This document shows positions 1 through 5,289 of a stretch of 5,676 nucleotides of DNA, in pieces (position 1 is the first letter of the stretch; every line of letters begins with the position of its first letter). Below the pieces are notes generated by a model. It was not told the DNA's origin. It made no database searches and saw nothing but the letters and a program-made list of their open reading frames with translations. The position numbers were made by a program, and so were the translations under genes. Origin of the DNA: Candidatus Odinarchaeia archaeon (GTDB lineage Archaea > Asgardarchaeota > Odinarchaeia > Odinarchaeales > Odinarchaeaceae); NCBI GenBank assembly GCA_029856525.1, contig JAHQXC010000076.1, forward strand, positions 1 through 5,676, given 5' to 3'.

Positions 1-1
1 G

Positions 2-58
2 GTCTTAAGACAAGTGGAGGAAGTAGTTAAAGATGTGATGGAAGATGGCTCAGGATAA
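2..58 (+). CDS. Probable 3' end of an upstream gene (partial; ...VLRQVEEVVKDVMEDGSG*), overlapping the next start codon
   Basis: Frame starting at base 2 is open to TAA at 56-58 and reads as an amphipathic acidic helix. It overlaps the ATG at 45 by 14 nt and contains the RBS-like GTGATGG, as in coupled archaeal genes. Only 18 codons are visible. Confidence 0.45.
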   Translation, partial: VLRQVEEVVKDVMEDGSG

Positions 59-1322
59 GTCGAAGCCTATTTTCGACGAATTTGAAGAAGATATATTAAA
101 CGTTCTTGAAGAGCAGCTTGCAAAATTCGGCGAACAGTTAAAACAATTAAAAAACCCTCTTATAAATCAATTTGACAATGTTAGATTAAAATTCGTGATT
201 CCTTTAATCTCCTCCTCCTACGATAAAATAATAGATGAGAACTTTGAAGATCTTAAAAACGAGTTTAAAACTGAAATTAAAGAAACTTTAAATTATTTAA
301 TGCAAAATATCCGGGATAAATTTTCAAGTAAAATGCAGGAGATCAGTGATACATTTGAGAGAATAATCGAGGAAGGGAAAGCGAATGTTAAACAGTTAGA
401 ATATGAGAAGAAGAATTTAGAGGAGAAAATCGCAGCTCTCACCGTTGAACTTGATAACAAAGATAAATTAATTAGAGATTACACTGCGCAGATCGGTGAT
501 TTGAAGAAAACAGTTTTCGATATGAATTCTCTTTCTAAAGATTACGTTGAGTTAAAGAAAAAATTTGATGAATTAAATAAGAGTTATCTAGCTCTCCAAG
601 AGGAGAAGCTTAATCTAGAAGCACAGGTTAAAACTCTAGTTAAACAGAATGAATCCTATAAAAACGAGTTAAACGAGTTGAATCTTCAACTTAAAAATCT
701 AGATGAAAAATTAAAGTCGACGCAAACCCAGTTAGCGGAAACCCGTTCAGAGAATATTTTCTTGGCCGCTAAGCTTAACGAACTTAAATCCTCTCTCTCC
801 GAGAAACCGAGAGGGGAAGAAATAGCTGACACTGCTAAAATTAAAGCAGAGGTTAAAATATTACAGGATACGTTATCTCAGAGAAATAGTCAAATCTCTG
901 ATTTAGAGAATAAAATTTTAAAGCTTAATGAAGAGAATACAACTCTGAGAAACAGGATTGAACAGGATAAAACAAGAATTGAAGGCTTAGAATCTGAGCT
1001 GCAACGTTTAAAAGCTGATTTAAACCGGTTAACAGAGTATGAGAGAAAATTAAATCAGCTTCAAATAGAATACGCTCAGCTGCAAAAATTAAGCGCTAAC
1101 CAGAAAGAGGAACTGGATCGAATCAATAAACTTAAAAAAATTCTCAGCTCGGATCCTAAATTCAAAGTTCTACAAATATTAGAATCAGTTAACGAGGTTT
1201 CAATAGACGCATTGAATACAGCTATAGGCTACACTCCTATAATGACTAGAAAAATTATAAGCGAACTATCTGAAGCGGGTATAGTTGAAGTGAACGGTGG
1301 CAATGTGAAGCTTAAACGTTAA
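45..1322 (+). CDS. Long coiled-coil protein with a C-terminal winged helix-turn-helix domain, function unknown
   Basis: 425 aa. Heptad-like L/I spacing with E/K/Q/N richness over aa ~105-368. No proline in aa 54-254 or 256-370, with one break at SEKPRGEE. aa 370-425 (DPKFKVLQILESVNEVSIDALNTAIGYTPIMTRKIISELSEAGIVEVNGGNVKL) has the three-helix plus beta-hairpin pattern of a winged helix, including the typical L-x-x-x-G-(I/L)-(V/I) turn. No Walker motifs. Confidence 0.85.
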   Translation: MAQDKSKPIFDEFEEDILNVLEEQLAKFGEQLKQLKNPLINQFDNVRLKFVIPLISSSYDKIIDENFEDLKNEFKTEIKETLNYLMQNIRDKFSSKMQEISDTFERIIEEGKANVKQLEYEKKNLEEKIAALTVELDNKDKLIRDYTAQIGDLKKTVFDMNSLSKDYVELKKKFDELNKSYLALQEEKLNLEAQVKTLVKQNESYKNELNELNLQLKNLDEKLKSTQTQLAETRSENIFLAAKLNELKSSLSEKPRGEEIADTAKIKAEVKILQDTLSQRNSQISDLENKILKLNEENTTLRNRIEQDKTRIEGLESELQRLKADLNRLTEYERKLNQLQIEYAQLQKLSANQKEELDRINKLKKILSSDPKFKVLQILESVNEVSIDALNTAIGYTPIMTRKIISELSEAGIVEVNGGNVKLKR

Positions 1323-1379
1323 AAATAATCTTAATATATTATATTTTAAATCACTTTTCTACTTAGTTAAAGCGAGGTT
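1323..1379 (+). promoter_or_regulatory. AT-rich spacer with TATA-like boxes and an RBS for the radical SAM gene
   Basis: TTAATATA at 1331-1338, further TTATAT and TTTTAAAT elements, and GAGGT at 1374-1378. The RBS spacing suits TTG at 1386 at least as well as GTG at 1380. Confidence 0.45.
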
Positions 1380-2987
1380 GTGGTATTGACAAACCATGCT
1401 AAAATCGTATTAACTTCGGATAGAAGTCTGCTTACAACATACGGTAATAACCTTTACATGGGTTTAGCCGCCTCTCTTCCAACTAACGTATGCCCTGATT
1501 CGCTTTATTATTCTCTACTATGCCCCCCTGTCCCCTCAAATCCTGACGGTACGGTTAGCATGGCTACACCCGCGTTGACCACCGCTGAAGCTATAATTGT
1601 TCACAGGGCGAATATACCAAGAGAGGAGGTTAAAATAGCGCACCCTGATTACCTAACCAGGGTGGTGACAGCTGAGACTAAAATTTTAGCTATATCAGTT
1701 ATGGATCCTTTAGGTTTAGGACCTTCGACTACAACATGGAGTACTCTTTTCTCTGGAATACCGCATACTAGAGTTGAATTTCTAAGATTAATGTTCGGTC
1801 CGGTTCGCGAATTAAAAGAAAAATACGGTTTAAAAGTAGTGGTCGGAGGGCCTGGCGCCTGGCAGATAAATCGTATAAGCGTGGCTGATAAGCTCGGAAT
1901 CGATTATCTTCTAATAAATGAAGCTGAGTACACGATTCCAGAGGTTTTCAACGCTATCCTAGATGGCGGTGAATATGATAAGAGAGTTGTATACGGGCAG
2001 GTGGCTAAACCCGAAGACGTCCCCTCCGTGCTAACACCATCCGTGTTCGGATTAATTGAAGTCGCTAGAGGATGCGGACGAGGCTGCAAGTTTTGCGTTC
2101 CAGCTACAAGCGGTAAAATGAGAATGATGCCTCTGGAGAAAATTCTGAATGATATAAAAGTCCATGTAAACGCGGGTTTTAAAGCGATTACATTTCATTC
2201 AGATGATACTTTACGCTACGGGTCTAAAAATTTTCTAATAGACGAGGATTCATTATTCACATTATATAAAGAAGGGTTTAAAACAGGTGTGAAAGAAATC
2301 TTCATCACACACTCATGTCTCTCTCCTTTCGTATGCCAGCCAGATGTGATAGCGAAGCTTACACGTCTTCTAAGAAAACACGGGCATAAATACTATGGTT
2401 GCCAGCCTGGAATAGAAACCGGTAGCCCCCGTCTTATGAAATTACATATGGCAGGTAAACCAGCTCCATGTAAACCTGAAGAATGGCCGGAGGTAGTCCG
2501 TGAAGCTCATAAAGTGATGTGGGAGAATAGATGGGTTTCAGTCGGGACTCTTATGATGGGTTTACCTGGCGAGGAAAAAGATGATGTTAACGAAACGATT
2601 GATTTAATAAAAAGCTTAAGCGAGTACCCGTCCCTGTTTATTCCATTATTCTTCGTTCCAATGGAGTTTACAAATCTTAAAGATATGAAGGCTTTTATTT
2701 CAAGCTACATGTCTAAGGAACACTGGCAGCTTTTATTAACATGCTGGAAGCATAATGCAAAATATATTGAACCGTTATACCAGTTAACAACAGAGCAGCA
2801 TAATTTTATTTCCAGACTGGGGATCACGATTCTAACTCGTTTAATGGCGTTCTTTCTCGATCAGAAAGAAAAAGAACTGTATGGTAGAAGCCGGTTGATG
2901 CGGGTTGCTTCCCATATATTCGCGAACAAGCTTAGTAAAACCACTAGATCAGAGGAGAAGATCATCCAGAAAGCATATAAAGTATAA
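1380..2987 (+). CDS. B12-binding-like/radical SAM protein (COG1032-type), resembling the archaeal Grs/Gms tetraether-lipid-modifying family
   Basis: CxxxCxxC motif RGCGRGCKFC (Cys codons 2073-2096). Motifs I recall from this archaeal family: KIVLTSDRSL, HPDYL, DPLGLGP, VVGGPGAWQ, HSDD, GIETGSPRL, MGLPGE, PLFFVPM. The true start may be TTG at 1386. Confidence 0.85.
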   Translation: MVLTNHAKIVLTSDRSLLTTYGNNLYMGLAASLPTNVCPDSLYYSLLCPPVPSNPDGTVSMATPALTTAEAIIVHRANIPREEVKIAHPDYLTRVVTAETKILAISVMDPLGLGPSTTTWSTLFSGIPHTRVEFLRLMFGPVRELKEKYGLKVVVGGPGAWQINRISVADKLGIDYLLINEAEYTIPEVFNAILDGGEYDKRVVYGQVAKPEDVPSVLTPSVFGLIEVARGCGRGCKFCVPATSGKMRMMPLEKILNDIKVHVNAGFKAITFHSDDTLRYGSKNFLIDEDSLFTLYKEGFKTGVKEIFITHSCLSPFVCQPDVIAKLTRLLRKHGHKYYGCQPGIETGSPRLMKLHMAGKPAPCKPEEWPEVVREAHKVMWENRWVSVGTLMMGLPGEEKDDVNETIDLIKSLSEYPSLFIPLFFVPMEFTNLKDMKAFISSYMSKEHWQLLLTCWKHNAKYIEPLYQLTTEQHNFISRLGITILTRLMAFFLDQKEKELYGRSRLMRVASHIFANKLSKTTRSEEKIIQKAYKV

Positions 2988-3016
2988 TATTCAAGTAATT
3001 TACTGAAGTGATTTTA

Positions 3017-3499
3017 ATGGCTAAAACCCTATTAGTTTTTTATTCAAGGAAGGGTAAAACTAAGACTGTGGCTGAGGAAACATCTAAATTACTAAACTGT
3101 GATTTAGAGGAGATAATTGACCTTAAAAAGCGAACAGGTATACTAGGCTTTTTAGGAGCAGGCAGAGACGCTTTTCTAAAAAAGAAAACTAGTATTAAGG
3201 AGCCTGAGAAAAATCCAGGTGAATATAACTTACTGATAATAGCTTCACCTGTATGGGCTGGGAATCTGCCTCCAGCTATTAGAACTTACATTGAACGATT
3301 CCAAGCCCAGCTCCCCCAGCTTGCTTTAATCGGAACATGCGGTTTTAAAGGTAACAGCTCTAAAATAGCGGTTGAAATAGAGAAAATCACCGGTAAAAAA
3401 CTTATCGCAACAGTTGAAGTCACTGCTAAAGAGGTTTCCGAAAACAATTATAAAGATAAGATTCAAGATTTTGTAAATAATTTGAAGCCTATCATGTAA
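3017..3499 (+). CDS. Flavodoxin-like protein (short-chain, flavodoxin_4 type)
   Basis: N-terminal strand plus loop LLVFYSRKGKT, then YNLLIIASPVWAGNLPPAIRTYI (the G/S-x-P-V-W FMN-stacking loop). ATG at 3017 is preceded by RBS-like AGTGA (3007-3011), so I prefer it to GTG at 3008. Confidence 0.85.
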   Translation: MAKTLLVFYSRKGKTKTVAEETSKLLNCDLEEIIDLKKRTGILGFLGAGRDAFLKKKTSIKEPEKNPGEYNLLIIASPVWAGNLPPAIRTYIERFQAQLPQLALIGTCGFKGNSSKIAVEIEKITGKKLIATVEVTAKEVSENNYKDKIQDFVNNLKPIM

Positions 3500-3526
3500 A
3501 GCTTGAAAAAATATTAATAAATTTGT
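3500..3526. terminator. AT-rich gap between convergent flavodoxin and tbp genes; probable oligo-T terminator for tbp
   Basis: 27-nt gap. On the minus strand the tbp stop is followed by ACAAATTTATTAATATTTTTC, an archaeal-type T-tract. Confidence 0.35.
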
Positions 3527-4081
3527 TTAAGCGTAAATCTCCAGCTCTGTCAGCATTTTATCAAGTTTATTAACCGCTTCCTGAACATCTGTCTCCTTCT
3601 TCGCACCTGTGCATACGATTCTACCTGAACAGAATAATAGGAAAACAACTTTCGGATGTTTAGCTCTATATATTAGTCCTGGAAATTGCTCAGGCTCGTA
3701 AAGCGCGTCTTCAAGCGTGAGAGAGGCGACCTCTAAATCCAGTCTAGCACCTAGATTACCTGAAGCTACTATATTTTGAATCTGAATTTTAGGTTCGCTT
3801 TTAATTTCGATGCCTGCGCTTTTAATTTTCTCTATAACCTTGGCAACCACTGTAGGAGCATCCTCCTCTCCTCTGAGACCTGTGACAACCATTTTACCTG
3901 TATTAAAAACCAGTATAGCGGCTTTAGGCTCTGTTAACCGTAGAACTAAACCGGGGAACTGAGATGGATCATATTCAGCTTCAGAAATATTATTCGAAAG
4001 CTTGTTAAGGTCTATTCTATCATCTAAACTCACAGATGCTACAACGTTTTCAACTTTATAAGTTATCTCTCTTTTACTCAT
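3527..4081 (-). CDS. tbp: TATA-box-binding protein (archaeal TBP)
   Basis: Two direct TBP repeats: ENVVAS...YDPSQFPGLVLRLTEPKAAILVFNTGKMVVTG and QNIVAS...YEPEQFPGLIYRAKHPKVVFLLFCSGRIVCTGAK. Start placed at ATG 4081 (MSKREITY..., 184 aa), which has GGTG just upstream, rather than 4111. Confidence 0.97.
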   Translation of the reverse strand: MSKREITYKVENVVASVSLDDRIDLNKLSNNISEAEYDPSQFPGLVLRLTEPKAAILVFNTGKMVVTGLRGEEDAPTVVAKVIEKIKSAGIEIKSEPKIQIQNIVASGNLGARLDLEVASLTLEDALYEPEQFPGLIYRAKHPKVVFLLFCSGRIVCTGAKKETDVQEAVNKLDKMLTELEIYA

Positions 4082-4115
4082 GTAGAACACCGTAACATCA
4101 CAATTATTCACAAGA

Positions 4116-4183
4116 CTGTTAAACAGAATTCCATTAAATTGATTATTATAAAAAGATTATGAAGCGTGAATATAAGCGTTATC
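4116..4183 (-). promoter_or_regulatory. Candidate tbp promoter region (two TATA-like boxes and a palindrome)
   Basis: On the minus strand: TTTTATAA (4153-4146) and GATAACGC-TTATAT (4183-4170). Perfect inverted repeat CTGTT-A-AACAG at 4116-4126. Confidence 0.4.
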
Positions 4184-4327
4184 ATTTAACTCAGAGCCCC
4201 CTATCTTTAAATGTTTAAGGTGAGTGAACTCTATCAACCTTTTTTAGATATAAGACCGGTATTTTAACCAACCTATTCGAGTTGAAGCAGCTATACCAGG
4301 TTTATAACCATAGACAGGTCATCTAGA

Positions 4328-4385
4328 CAATAAAGTTAAATAATAAATCGATATATGTTAACGCGATTACAGGTAGACGCGGTGA
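4328..4385 (+). promoter_or_regulatory. Candidate BRE/TATA promoter and RBS for the HhH-eL33 gene
   Basis: Purine-rich CAATAAAG (4328-4335) directly followed by TTAAATA (4336-4342). GGTGA at 4381-4385 lies 5 nt before ATG 4391. Confidence 0.55.
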
Positions 4386-4390
4386 GATAG

Positions 4391-5041
4391 ATGGCAGAGG
4401 ATAAAACTCCGCTAAGCGAGGTTAAAGGGTTAAGTAAAAAGACGCTTGAAAAACTGGGGAAAGCCGGTATCAAGACACTTGGAGAATTATCTGAGTATAG
4501 TTTAGACGAGCTTCAGAGCAAGATCCCTGATTTAAGTAAAACTACTCTCAAACGTTTATTAGATAAAGTTAACGAGTTGAAAGCTCAGCCTGTTATAGCT
4601 GAGAAACCGGTGGAGGAGGCTAAAGCTGGCAAAGGTAAACCAGCTGGGAAAACTTCTAGAAAGATGAGCGGTAAGAAGAAACCGGTTAAAGCTGAGAAGA
4701 GTGAAATCGAGGTTAAATCTGAAAAACCTGCGAAGACTCCTAAAACAAGGAAGCCTAAGATCTCTGCGAAACCATCTGAACCTGTGAGAAGAATTATTGG
4801 AAGAGTATACTCTTTTGAAAGAGGGGGTGCTAGAATATCTAACAACAAGGTTTTAGCCCGTATACTAGATTCTTCAAAGAAAATAGAAGAGTTGATAGGC
4901 GCTCGAATTCTATTAAAATACGGGCGGGATATCACTGTTAAAGGTAAAATAATAGGTAAACACGGCAACAAGTCGAATGTTAAAATCAGACTGGATAAGC
5001 CTGTATCAACAGCGGTTTTAAACGCCACCGTCTACATGTAA
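4391..5041 (+). CDS. rpl35ae: Fusion protein: tandem helix-hairpin-helix domain + Lys/Pro-rich linker + ribosomal protein eL33 (L35Ae)-like domain
   Basis: aa 6-63 (PLSEVKGLSKKTLEKLGKAGIKTLGEL...IPDLSKTTLKRLL) follows the HHH_5-like two-HhH pattern. aa 64-132 is low complexity. aa 133-216 (IIGRVYSFER...NNKVL...LIGARILLKY...VKGKIIGKHGNKSNVKIRLDKP...L.ATVYM) aligns by eye with archaeal L35Ae as I recall it (G.V.SYRR...NN.M...LIG..V.W....GKI.R.HG..G.VRARF.K.LP..ALG..V). Confidence 0.78.
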   Translation: MAEDKTPLSEVKGLSKKTLEKLGKAGIKTLGELSEYSLDELQSKIPDLSKTTLKRLLDKVNELKAQPVIAEKPVEEAKAGKGKPAGKTSRKMSGKKKPVKAEKSEIEVKSEKPAKTPKTRKPKISAKPSEPVRRIIGRVYSFERGGARISNNKVLARILDSSKKIEELIGARILLKYGRDITVKGKIIGKHGNKSNVKIRLDKPVSTAVLNATVYM

Positions 5042-5042
5042 T

Positions 5043-5164
5043 TTTAACTTTATCAGCGGGAAACCTCTGTGAAAGCGAGGGGAGAGAGCCCTTACCCGTC
5101 TTATTTAATAACCGTCACAGTAAGATCTTTCGCAAGCTTTACTGTAAGAGTGTAAAAAGTTAAA
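5043..5164 (+). ncRNA. Candidate structured RNA element of unknown class, in the 3' region of the eL33 fusion gene
   Basis: 5056-5100 is 28/45 G+C in an AT-rich context. Stems: GCGGG/CCCGT (5056-5060/5095-5099); CCTC-T-GT-GAAA-GC-GAGG (5064-5080); ACAGTAAG...TTTACTGT (5117-5145); closing TTTAACTTT/AAAGTTAAA (5043-5051/5156-5164). No match to an RNA family I recognise. Confidence 0.35.
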
Positions 5165-5252
5165 TGCGGTAAATTATCATTGAATTTTTAGAGCTCTTAG
5201 AGTACATGACTTTGAGCCGCTGCAGTTAAAGTGTAATCCAGTGATTATATTG

Positions 5253-5289
5253 TCTCGCTCTTAAAACTTTAGAAGTTTTTGCGCTGAGA
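5253..5289. other. Imperfect hairpin in the convergent intergenic region
   Basis: AAAACTT-TAG-AAGTTTT (5263-5279), extended by C5260/G5281, GC/GC (5257-5258/5283-5284) and TCTC/GAGA (5253-5256/5286-5289). Confidence 0.35.

Noticed and set aside
45-1322. SMC/Rad50 or intermediate-filament identity for the coiled-coil protein
   Set aside because: No Walker A/B, ABC signature or zinc hook. The resemblance of LQIEYAQLQKL to the IF rod-end consensus (LDxEIATYRKLLEGE) is too weak and expected in any coiled coil.
1904-2089. 61-aa minus-strand ORF
   Set aside because: Lies wholly antisense to the conserved core of the radical SAM gene and has no recognisable motif; a shadow ORF.
4082-4111. N-terminal extension of TBP (MNNCDVTVFY) in the ORF track
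   Set aside because: ATG 4081 has an RBS-like GGTG upstream and gives a normal-length archaeal TBP; the extension overlaps the likely 5' UTR.
4239-4313. Protein-like minus-strand text PVYGYKPGIAASTRIGWLKYRSYI
   Set aside because: No start codon, bounded by stops on both sides, and only 24 codons.
4585-5028. 147-aa hydrophobic minus-strand ORF
   Set aside because: Antisense to the Lys-rich eL33 fusion. AAA/AAG/GAA codons read as Phe/Leu on the other strand, which explains both the open frame and the hydrophobicity.
5056-5100. Group II intron 3' end or IS200/IS605 end hairpin
   Set aside because: GAGGGG...CCTTACCCGTC resembles domain VI, but no domain V precedes it and the end is not AY. The likeness to IS200/IS605 ends is vague, and no tnpA/tnpB remnant is visible.
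5043-5240. Retron msr-msd or self-cleaving ribozyme (hammerhead, twister, pistol)
   Set aside because: The inverted-repeat-plus-hairpin layout is retron-like, but the repeat is short and there is no reverse transcriptase in the window. Ribozyme core motifs are only partly matched and not in the right order.
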